Below are positions 1 to 9,700 of a DNA stretch of 64,000 bases, in pieces. A program made the translations under genes and the position numbers. Source of the stretch: a virus; the IMG/VR virus record IMGVR_UViG_3300031972_002446, positions 101,941 through 165,940 of that record; one strand, written 5' to 3'. Numbering within the stretch: the first letter of the stretch is position 1; every line of letters begins with the position of its first letter. The notes beneath the pieces are model-generated. The model saw only the letters and a program-made list of their open reading frames with translations. It was not told the origin of the DNA and searched no databases.

Positions 1-2
1 TA

Positions 3-440
3 TTAAGACGTCAAAATATTAATTTTGGCGCCGCATCCGCTGTTTTACCTACAGAAGTAGATGGTAAAAATATCACAAGTATTAGTATTAGTGCTGATCT
101 TGGTCGTGAAAGTATGTATAAACTTGGTTCTTTGAAACCATTCCATCGTTTCGTTAATTTCCCACTTGAAGTTACTTGTGAGTTCGAAGTTAGCGCTACA
201 GATCTTGATGGTGTTGAAGTCGATGTACCAGATACAGCTTGTAGCGGTTTGGCTAGTAATGACCGTGAAATTGTTGTTGTAGTTTGTGGCACAGATGGTA
301 ACGACGCATACACGTTTGATCTCGGTGATAAATGTAAGTTAACAAGTGTTAATTATAGTGGTGGAGATACTGGTGGTGGTAATGCAACCATTACTTACTC
401 TTTTAGTACTTATAATGAACTTGAAATTACAGACGCTTAA
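3..440 (+). CDS. Tail tube/major tail-like protein, 5'-truncated by the window edge; paralog of 518..1366
   Basis: Frame is open from nt 3 (LRRQNINFGAASAVLPTEVDGKNITSISISADLGRESMYKLG...), so ATG 114 is internal. Aligns with the next gene (ISIS, FEVSAT, GGDTGGGNATIT). Lies upstream of the tape measure gene. Confidence 0.6.
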   Translation, partial: LRRQNINFGAASAVLPTEVDGKNITSISISADLGRESMYKLGSLKPFHRFVNFPLEVTCEFEVSATDLDGVEVDVPDTACSGLASNDREIVVVVCGTDGNDAYTFDLGDKCKLTSVNYSGGDTGGGNATITYSFSTYNELEITDA

Positions 441-470
441 TCATTAAGTAAGCAGTGTAGGGAATACTAT

Positions 471-499
471 GCTGGGGGTAATATTGCCCCCAGCTTTTA
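471..499 (+). terminator. Rho-independent terminator/attenuator between the two tail-tube paralogs
   Basis: GCTGGGGGTA-atat-TGCCCCCAGC stem followed by TTTT. Confidence 0.75.
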
Positions 500-517
500 A
501 TTCAATGGAGAATAAAA

Positions 518-1366
518 ATGGCGAATAGAATTTTTTATGCTTGTCACGCCTTGGCTGTTGATGGAAGTTTTGTCGCCGGTGCTCAAAGCGCTGCTATCAC
601 TACATCTTTTGACCTTGAGCCAGTATTTCAATTAGGTCAATTAGAAGCTGTAGATGTTTTAAATCTATCTCCTAATGTTGAAGTTACAGTAACTAGGGCT
701 CTGACCGATAGTAGCGGTACTATTTTTAGTGGTAGTTTTATTGATAATGTTGGAGATAATAATAAAACAGTTTGCTTAGGTATTGGAGATGATCAGGAGG
801 AGCTATTAACCTCAACATCTTCTATTCATTGTACAGGTATGGGTATTAGTGGTGTTACATATAACTTTCCTGTAGATGGAATATTTACAGAAGAAGTTAG
901 TTTTTCAGGAACTAGCAAGACTGTTGGTGGTTGTAGTGTGAGCGCTTCAGAAGACACAACCTCTAAAGCTTTAGTCAGATATAGTTATCAAAGCGGTGTT
1001 CCTGCTACAGTTACAAACGCTGGTAATTTAACCAATATTAGTATTAGCGCTTCGATTAGTAGAGAAAATTTATTTAGATTAGGTGAATATAAAGCTTATC
1101 ATAATTTTGCAAGTTTGCCTTCTGAAATTACAGTTGATTTTGAAGTTAGTGCTACCAGTGTAGATGGTATCGCAATAGCTGCTGCTGCTGGCTGTAATGG
1201 CCCTACAGACAATAAAGAAGATATTACTATTGCTTTGTGTGGATATAGTTTTGCGATTGAAAATGCTCGTTTAAGTAATGTTGCGTATGGAGGTGGAGAT
1301 ACTGGCGGTGGGAACGCTACTATCACATTCACGTACACATCATATAACAGCTTGACGGTTACGTAA
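518..1366 (+). CDS. Putative tail tube / major tail protein with internal duplication
   Basis: 282 aa, beta-rich and acidic; GGAG RBS; position upstream of chaperones and tape measure gene; two similar halves (EPVFQLG / ENLFRLG). Confidence 0.6.
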   Translation: MANRIFYACHALAVDGSFVAGAQSAAITTSFDLEPVFQLGQLEAVDVLNLSPNVEVTVTRALTDSSGTIFSGSFIDNVGDNNKTVCLGIGDDQEELLTSTSSIHCTGMGISGVTYNFPVDGIFTEEVSFSGTSKTVGGCSVSASEDTTSKALVRYSYQSGVPATVTNAGNLTNISISASISRENLFRLGEYKAYHNFASLPSEITVDFEVSATSVDGIAIAAAAGCNGPTDNKEDITIALCGYSFAIENARLSNVAYGGGDTGGGNATITFTYTSYNSLTVT

Positions 1367-1401
1367 TTTAAATTTTAATAAATTAAATTAAAAGTCAAAA
1401 A

Positions 1402-2451
1402 ATGGACATAGAAGGAAATATATACAGGATTATTACAGGACACTACTATATATCTGTTGATAATACAGATTATAGAGTTGTTTCACCCAATATTCAAATC
1501 AAACAAAAAGCTCATTATATATATAATAATATACTTAATAGTAATAAATTTGATACTAAATACTGGCTTAAGAAAAAACAAGCTGATAGAATATTAGAGA
1601 CTAATGGCATTTGGAATTCAACCAAAGAAGAAAGCCTAAAAGTTTTAAACAACAGGCTAGACGATATGAAAATTGAGTTGTATCTAAAATACGACGATCC
1701 TACTATGAGGAAAAAAATTAAAGCTAGCTTATCTACTGGTAGAATAAAGATTAGTGAGTTAGAAACAAAAAAAACATCGATGGACACCTTAACTTTAGAA
1801 TACTATGCTAATTCAGCAAAAAATGAATATATAGTTTTGAATACGGTGTATAAAGATGAAGAGTTGGTTTTTAAAGGTAAAGATGATACTAGTATTAATA
1901 CAGAGTTTTTGGATAGTATTATCACAGAAGTAAATAGGAACGGTTTAAGTATGGAAGATTTAAGGATTGTAGCTAGAAGTGATCTTTGGAAATCTTACTG
2001 GGATGCTGCCAAAGGTAATATATTTGCACCACCCGCATACGCATGGAATGATGAGCAAAGATTATTGGTGAACCTTAGTAAAATGTATGATTCGGTTCAT
2101 GAACATCCTGAAGCTCCAGATGATAATGTTATTGCTGACGACGATGCTTTAGATGGATGGATGTTGGCCACAAGAAGAAAAGCTGAAAAAGAACGTAAGA
2201 AAACTAAATTAATGGATTCCATAGGTGGTAAATATAAAAATGCAGGAGAAATATTTATTGTTACTCAATCGCAAGAAGAAGCCAAAGGTATTTACGGTCT
2301 GAATGACGCAGAAGGAATGGCTGAAATTAATCATTTGAAAACTATAGCTAAAACCAGTCAAGAACCAGTTCAATGGCAAGATATGCCACATGTTCGTACT
2401 AAGCTAGAAAGTCAATTAAAACAAAGAAACGCTATGAAAAAAGGTGAATAA
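1402..2451 (+). CDS. Hypothetical protein, probable tail assembly chaperone; paralog of 2753..3679
   Basis: 349 aa, helical; lies between tube and tape measure genes; shares SPN, G(I/L)W and DTxTxE motifs with 2753..3679. Confidence 0.45.
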   Translation: MDIEGNIYRIITGHYYISVDNTDYRVVSPNIQIKQKAHYIYNNILNSNKFDTKYWLKKKQADRILETNGIWNSTKEESLKVLNNRLDDMKIELYLKYDDPTMRKKIKASLSTGRIKISELETKKTSMDTLTLEYYANSAKNEYIVLNTVYKDEELVFKGKDDTSINTEFLDSIITEVNRNGLSMEDLRIVARSDLWKSYWDAAKGNIFAPPAYAWNDEQRLLVNLSKMYDSVHEHPEAPDDNVIADDDALDGWMLATRRKAEKERKKTKLMDSIGGKYKNAGEIFIVTQSQEEAKGIYGLNDAEGMAEINHLKTIAKTSQEPVQWQDMPHVRTKLESQLKQRNAMKKGE

Positions 2452-2453
2452 CA

Positions 2454-2753
2454 ATGCAGAGAAAAATACATAGTAGAAGACTAATTATAGAACAATTAGA
2501 AAAAAGATTTAAGACAATCATGATAGGTTCTTTAGCTAGATTTGAAAAAGAATTTGGATATTTATGGAATAATGATGAAGATCCTAATACTGATCAAGAA
2601 GTTTTTTTTAGAGATAAATGGGAGGATTTGAGACACGAATTATTGGATCACGGAAACGACCAAATGAGAAATGGAGTACAGGATTTGAATGATTATTTGA
2701 ATCATGTAGAAAAGTATAATTTACAAATTTATTATAACAGAGGAGAAGAATAA
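2454..2753 (+). CDS. Hypothetical protein (tail operon)
   Basis: 99-aa ORF tightly coupled to both neighbours (2-nt gap upstream; TAATG overlap downstream). Confidence 0.6.
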   Translation: MQRKIHSRRLIIEQLEKRFKTIMIGSLARFEKEFGYLWNNDEDPNTDQEVFFRDKWEDLRHELLDHGNDQMRNGVQDLNDYLNHVEKYNLQIYYNRGEE

Positions 2754-3679
2754 TGGCTGAGACTTTTAAAATGACAGTAAATGGTAAAAATCAGGAATTT
2801 TTGGTACAGTCTCCAAATTTAGCTCAACAAAGAGAAGGTCAGAAAGTTTACAATCAGGCATTTTCTGATGCTGTAAAGTCTGGGTCTATAGTTCGTGCTA
2901 AATTAGATGATTTGCTTAAAGATCAAGGATTATGGGATGATGAAAAGCAAGCTCGTTTTTTAGCTATTCAAGAAGAGTTAAACAATAACGAAAAAAGCCT
3001 AGCTACTGGAGGTATTTCTCTTGAGAACGCTAAAGCCCAGGCTTTAAAAATGAGAGATCTTAGAGAAGAGCTTAAAGAGTTAATTTCTGTTAGAACCAAT
3101 TTAGATACACACACAGCAGAAGGCCAAGCTGATAATGCTAGATTCAACTACTTAGTTTCATCTTGTGTGGTGTATAATAATACCAAGAAAGTTTATTTTC
3201 GTAATTATGAAGATTACCTGAATAAATCTTCTGATCCGGTTGCGGTGATTGGTGCTCAAAAATTAGCAGCTATGCTTTATGGCTTAGACTCTGAATTTGA
3301 GAAAAAATTACCAGAAAATAAGTTTTTGTTAGAATATAAGTTTGTTAATGATGATTTAAGATTCATTAATAAAGATGGTAAGTATGTTGATCAAGACGGT
3401 AGGTTAGTAGATGAAATTGGTAGGTATATCGACGAGGAAGGTAAATATGTAGATAAGGATGGAAATCTGGTTGATGAGTCGGGAGAATATTTAGTAGATT
3501 TTGTTCCTTTTACTGATGATGATGGTAAACCTGTAGTTTTGGAAAAGGGTAAAGATGAAAAACAATCAGAATCACAACAGGATAAACCTAAGGAAGAATC
3601 TACAACTGAACCTGAAGTCACACCTCAGAACACCTCTACCAATCAAGAGGTTCCTACCGAGGAAACTAACACAGAATAA
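2753..3679 (+). CDS. Probable tail assembly chaperone with 7-aa DxxGxxV repeats and an acidic tail
   Basis: 308 aa directly before the tape measure gene; AGGAG RBS; NKDGKYVDQDGRLVDEIGRYIDEEGKYVDKDGNLVDESGEY repeat block. Confidence 0.5.
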   Translation: MAETFKMTVNGKNQEFLVQSPNLAQQREGQKVYNQAFSDAVKSGSIVRAKLDDLLKDQGLWDDEKQARFLAIQEELNNNEKSLATGGISLENAKAQALKMRDLREELKELISVRTNLDTHTAEGQADNARFNYLVSSCVVYNNTKKVYFRNYEDYLNKSSDPVAVIGAQKLAAMLYGLDSEFEKKLPENKFLLEYKFVNDDLRFINKDGKYVDQDGRLVDEIGRYIDEEGKYVDKDGNLVDESGEYLVDFVPFTDDDGKPVVLEKGKDEKQSESQQDKPKEESTTEPEVTPQNTSTNQEVPTEETNTE

Positions 3680-3715
3680 ACTTTTTGATTATTTGTATAT
3701 TATACTCCTTTCTTT

Positions 3716-3750
3716 GCAGCCCTCTGGAAACAGAGGGTATGCTTATATAT
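3716..3750 (+). terminator. GAAA-tetraloop hairpin (weak terminator/attenuator) before the tape measure gene
   Basis: GCCCTCTG-GAAA-CAGAGGGT stem at 3719-3738, followed by only a weak U/A tract. Confidence 0.55.
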
Positions 3751-3777
3751 AAACGACACACAAAGGTATAAATAATT

Positions 3778-6700
3778 ATGGCAGCAGCTTTTAATTTAAC
3801 GGCACAAATTAATTTAAGAGGACCTAGTAATACTAAGGTTATTGCTTCTCAAATTAGAAAGCAATTATCTAATATTAAAGTAAAAGTTAATCTTGATTTA
3901 AAAGGATCAGCAGCTAAAAATGTTACTAAGGTTAACAAGCAGTTACAGTTGTTACAGCAAAATGCTGCTAAAGCTAATGCTAGTGTTGCTAGTTTAAGTG
4001 CTACAGTATCTCAGTTAGGGGCCGGTTTAAATAATTTAGGTGGCTCTGGAGGCGTTCAGTCTCTTAACAAAGTGCAAAAACAAGTGCAAAGTACTGGGAG
4101 TGCTATTAGCTCAGCTACTACCCAAGTTCAAGAATTTGGAAAACAATCAGGCTTAGCTATTCGTAGATTCGCTGCTTTTAGTGCTGTTACTGGTGTTGTT
4201 TATAGTTTAACTAACGCTATTAATAGTGCTTTCAAAGAATTTGTAGCTTTTGATAAACAAATTGTTCGATTAAGTCAGGTAACAGGAACGACTGTTAGTG
4301 GCCTTTCTGGTATTACAAAAGAAATCTCTAATCTATCTAGCAATTTAGGTGTTGCGTCTTCTGATTTAGCTCAAGTATCTGTTACACTTTCTCAAGCTGG
4401 TTTAAGCGCTCAAGAAACTAAAATAGCATTAGAAGCCTTAGCCAAATCTGCATTAGCTCCTTCTTTTGATAATCTTAATAATACTGTTGAAGGTAGTATT
4501 GCTTTAATGCGTCAGTTTAGTATTAGTTCTGGGGAGTTAGAAGCTGCTCTTGGTAGTGTGAATGCTGTAGCTGCTAGTTTTGCTGTTGAAGCTGGCGATA
4601 TCATTGCTGCTATTCAGCGTACTGGTGGTGTGTTTGCTTCTTCTAGTAGGGGTATTAGTGAAGGTACGGCTGCTCTTAATGAATTTGTAGCTTTGTTTAC
4701 TAGTGTTAGAGCGACTACTCGTGAAAGTGCAGAAACTATTGCTACTGGTTTAAGAACTATCTTTACTAGAATACAAAGAGGTTCTACTATAGAGTCTTTG
4801 AAAGAGTTTGGTATTACGCTTACAGACTTACAAGGGAAATTTGTTGGACCCTTTGAAGCTGTTAAACGATTAAGCGAAGGTCTTAAAGGTTTAGATCCAA
4901 GAGATTTGCGTTTTGGTCAAATTGTCGAAGAGCTTGGTGGTTTCCGTCAAATTGGTAAAGTTATTCCTTTAATTCAACAGTTCGCCACTGCTCAAAAAGC
5001 TTTAGGGGTAGCTCAATCTGGGCAAGGCAGTTTATCTAAAGCGGCTATACAAGCTCAAGCATCTTTAGCAGTTCAATTTGAAAAAACCAGACAGTCTTTT
5101 GTTTCTTTAGTTAGAGATATAGGTAATAGCACAACTTTCAGAGGCATTGCTAAAGTTGCTTTAACAACAGCAAATGCATTTATAACATTGGCTTCAGCAT
5201 TAAAACCTTTATTGCCTATGATAACGGCCTTAGCTGCTTTTAAGGGAGTTTCGGCATTAAGTGAATTTGGTGGTGGTTTTCTTGGTGGGTTTGGAGGTAA
5301 AGGCGGAGGCGGAGGAGGCGGAGGTGGTCCATCAGGCCCAATGGGTCCAATAGGTCCTTCTTCTGGCGGTAGTGTTAGTGGTAGAGGTAGTGGTCGTAGG
5401 AATAAAGGCTCGGCTTCTAACAACAAAGCTTTAGCTAAAAATTCAGCAGCTTTAAACGCTAATACAACAGCACTAGGCTCTGTAAATACTAGTATGGCTA
5501 GCTTACTTCAGTCTATTGATGCTTTGTCTGAAGCTATTAATAATAAACAATCTGGAGTTAATACTCAAGGCTTTGCTAGTGGTGGTTTGGTTCCTGGAAG
5601 TGGTAATAGAGACACTGTATCTGCTATGCTAACTCCTGGTGAATATGTTATTCGTAAAAAAGCTGTTGAAAAAATAGGCGCAGATAATCTTAAAAAACTT
5701 AATCGTGGAGGTAGAGTACAAAGATTTACCGGTGGTGGTGGAGCTGAAGCTTTGACTGTAGACGATATTAAAATATTTGAATCTGGTCAAAACGCAGGAG
5801 GAATTCCTAAGGGACAATTAAAAAACATGCCGAGTAGCCTAGCACAATCTGTAATAGATCGTTATAAAGGTAAAGGTAAACTTAATCAAGAAACATTTAA
5901 AGCCTTAAAAGAAAAAGTAGCATTAAAAGCAGCACAAGATAAAGCAGTACCTTATGCACTAGTTGGCCTGAGAGGAACTGCTAAAGAAGTGTTTGCAGAA
6001 GCTGATGACGGAACTATGGTAAAGCTTATTGGCAGAACTTTAGGCGAGACTGATGATAATAAACCTTATGAAGATACTATGTTTAAGGATTTCAAAGACA
6101 CGGTAGCTAAAGTGGCTAATCAGATGGCTACAAAAGTACAAGCTCAGCCAGTATCGCCAGGCGATCTGAATAAAGATGCTATGGAAAAAGCAGGTTTCTT
6201 TAATGCTGTAGGAGCTTATCTCGAAGCGGCTGTAGCAAGTATTGGTGCTCCTTACGATAAAGATCAGTCTAATGATCCACTAGATTTTGCGCAAGGTTTG
6301 GGTTCTGCTTCTGGTTTATTTGGCTTACCATCGGACATGCCTGCTGATACCACAAGAACAGTTTTTAGTAGTGGTAAAAGTCCTGCAGATTTTCTGAAAC
6401 AAGTGAATAATTATAGAGCAAAATTAGCTGGAGGAGGCTCTGTTAGCGACACGGTTCCTGCATTATTAACTCCTGGTGAGTATGTAATCAATGAAAAGTC
6501 TGCAAAAAAATTAGGATCTCAAAAATTAGATCAACTTAATAGAGCAGATAGGATTCAAGGTTATGCTAGTGGCGGCCCTGTTGGTTTTGTTCAACGTTTA
6601 GCTAGTGGTGGTAGTCCTAGAGCAGATAAAATGGAATATCTGGAAAGAGTAGCTAAAAAACTTGGAATGACTGTTTCACAATACGAAAAAAGTATTAGAA

Positions 6701-9700
6701 GTAGAATTCTTCAAGGAGCAGAAACTAGAGCTACCGAGAAAACAGGTATGCAAGGAGATCTAAAGGATGTTATTGTTAAAAATATACAATCTATTGGAGA
6801 TGCAGATGTAGAGGGTATGGTTAGAACAGAAGTATCTGATCTAGTTAAGAAAATTTATACGGGATATGATGAGATTGATCCAGATTTGTTGAATCAGGGT
6901 ATAGATGAACTTGTTCAAGGTATGAAGGCAGGACTATCTCTTGATGAAATTAAAAATATGTCTGATGGGTTTAAAGAAATTTTAGACGCACAAATTACTG
7001 CTGGTGATGAACTATCTGGTGTTACAGAAGAGATGGCTAAGAAATTAGGATTTTTGACATCTAGAATGAAAGTTCGAGATATTGATATGAAAGCTTCAGG
7101 TTCTCAAAAAGCCGGGAAGTTTGGAGCTTTAGATGACGATCTTAGAAAAGCACAAAAGAGTATCGAGTCTGGTGTCGGTTCTATATTAGATGGTTTTTCA
7201 GAAGCTGTTTCTTTACAAAATCTTCCAGGTATGAAGAAATTATCTAGTGCTTATCCAGAATTGACTAAAAAGATTACGACAGCCGGTGATAAATTAGGTG
7301 GTACTTTTGGCTTAATAGGTACTGGGGCAACACTACTAAGCTCTAAAATGCCAGAGCTGGGTCATGCTTTTGATGAATTAGCTGGTACGGTTAGTGACCA
7401 AAGCGCAGCATTCGCAGGCTTCACTGGAGCTTTACAAAAAGGCGGCTCTTTAGGTATGAGCGCAGGAATAGTTGGAGGTCAAGCTTTTGGTAGAAGAGGT
7501 GCTGCTGTAGGAGGTGCTGCTGGCTTAGCTGCTGGAGCTGTCACAGGTTTTATTGACGCTTCTATTGTAAAAGAGACAGAATTAGCCTTTAAAGGTATCG
7601 CAGCAGCTTCGGCAGAGCTGGACAAAACTTTTAATAGGTTGGATACTGCTGTAACTGTTGAAGAAAGAGCAGCATTACAAGAGCAGGCGGCAGAAGATTA
7701 TAATAAACTTAATGCTGCTATACAAAGAGCAACTGATACAATTGATGGTAATAGATTGTGGAAATCTTTTAGTGCTGGTATTAGTGGTATGACAACAGCT
7801 ATGATTAGTTTAATTGGTGTCATTAATGCTGTTAAATTAGCACAAGTAGCCTCTGCTCTTCTACCAGGTAAAGTTTCCGGTGGCATTGTTAAAGGTTATG
7901 CTTCTGGTGGTTTTGCTAAAGGTGGTCAGTCTAGTGGTATGGGGGTTCCTGTTAGGTTAGCTTCTGGAGAAGCTGTATTTACGCCTCCTTTACCTGGCAC
8001 TCTTTCTGAAATGAAACAATTGAATCAGATTGATCGTGGTGGTTCTTCAAGTTTAAGCCGAAAAGGTCAGACAGGTGGTTCTTTTATTGTTCCGGGTAAT
8101 AGTAGTGGTAAGGTAGATAATCAAAGCGCTATTTTACCAGAAAACAGTTTTGTTTTAAGAAGAGATGCTACAGATACTCTTAAAGCTATGAGAGGAGGTC
8201 CGATATCTGCTGCTACAGGTGGATTAATAGGTAGTGGTAGTGTTGGTTTCGGTGGTAGCGGAGGTATTCGTGGTTATTCTGTTGGTGGAAATATACAAGG
8301 TTATTTTGGCGGAGGTAGAGTTGCTTCTGCTCTATTAGCAAAACTAGTGGCTAATCTGGGTCGTTTAGGTCCAGCAATAACTGCTGGATTTGGTAGAATG
8401 TCACCAGCACTCAAAGCAATAACAGGCCAACTCGCTACAATGGTAGGTATTAGTGCTTTGGCAGGACTTTTTTCAGGCTTTTTTAGCTTTTTTATGGGTT
8501 CGGCTGAACGAGACAGGGCTATTCTACAACAACAATTGCAACAATTAGAGAATTTAAATACATTGGTTGGTAATCAGCAGTCTATGGATGTAAGAAATGA
8601 AGCTTTCGCTGATAGACTAATACCTGCTGTAGATGCAATCGAAAATTCTGGTTTGTCTATGGATCAGAAAGAAATGCAATTTGGTAGATTTAGAACTCCT
8701 GGTGGTAGAATGAATGATGCTAATCTTTTAGGAGAGATGACAGCTCGTCAAGCTATCGGAGCAGATGCAGACCTAGAAGCTGTAGGACAGAATCAGTCTG
8801 TACAAGAATATTTAGATAGTCTAGATCCTACACAAAGACAAAAAGCTAACGCAGCTATTGATAAAGCTCAAGGAGAGTTATTAAGAAGTACTTTTATAGA
8901 AAAAAGAAAAAGAGAAGGAATGGATGAAGTTGAGGCTTCGAGAGCTTATGATTCTGATCCTCAGGCTGCCAAAGCAGAGGCTCAAGAAGCTCTTGGAGAA
9001 AAGTCTAGGGCTGAGGGATTAGCTAAACGTATGCAAATTATCAATAGGTCTATTAATAAATTTACTCTTAATTTAGTAGATGTAATGAATCGATTAGGCA
9101 GCGTTATGAATCGAACAATCGGAGATTTAAATGCTAATATAGATAAAATGAGTCAGGTTTCTGATATTTACAGCGGAGGTCAAGCGGGTTCGCTAAATCC
9201 TAACGAAGATAATGTAAGAATTTTATCTAATATTACTGCTGCTAGTAATGCAGAATTAGCGCAAGCTGTTGGTCAAATTAATAAAGATCTTGGAGATACT
9301 AAAGAAACCCAAACGATGGCAGGTCTTATCAAGGGTATTCAAGTCTTGCAAAAAGAGCTGCCTTTAATTCTTAGACAAACAGGAACTGGTGGAGATTTAG
9401 ACGCTGGTTCAGAAACTAGTATTCGTGGTAGATTAGACACTATGTTTCAAGGTTTAGATATTGGTGAAAATTTAAAAAGAGATCTTAAGAGTAATGTTAT
9501 TAATTTTATTAATGATAAAACAGGTTCGAGACAAGGAGACTCTTTTGAAGATTTAGCAAACTATATAGATGGACTGAAGGAATTAGATGAGGCTGCTGAG
9601 CAAGCCAGAGCAACTTTTGAAAAGTATGCTAAAGAACAAGCTGATTTTAATAGAAAACTTGGAGGCTTATCTAATCAACTAAGCGCTCAACTATCTAAAC

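Noticed and set aside
2430-2612. Programmed -1 frameshift in the tail chaperone region (A-run near 2436; T8 run at 2602)
   Set aside because: The -1 frame hits a stop immediately in both cases (AGG TGA; TTT TAG).
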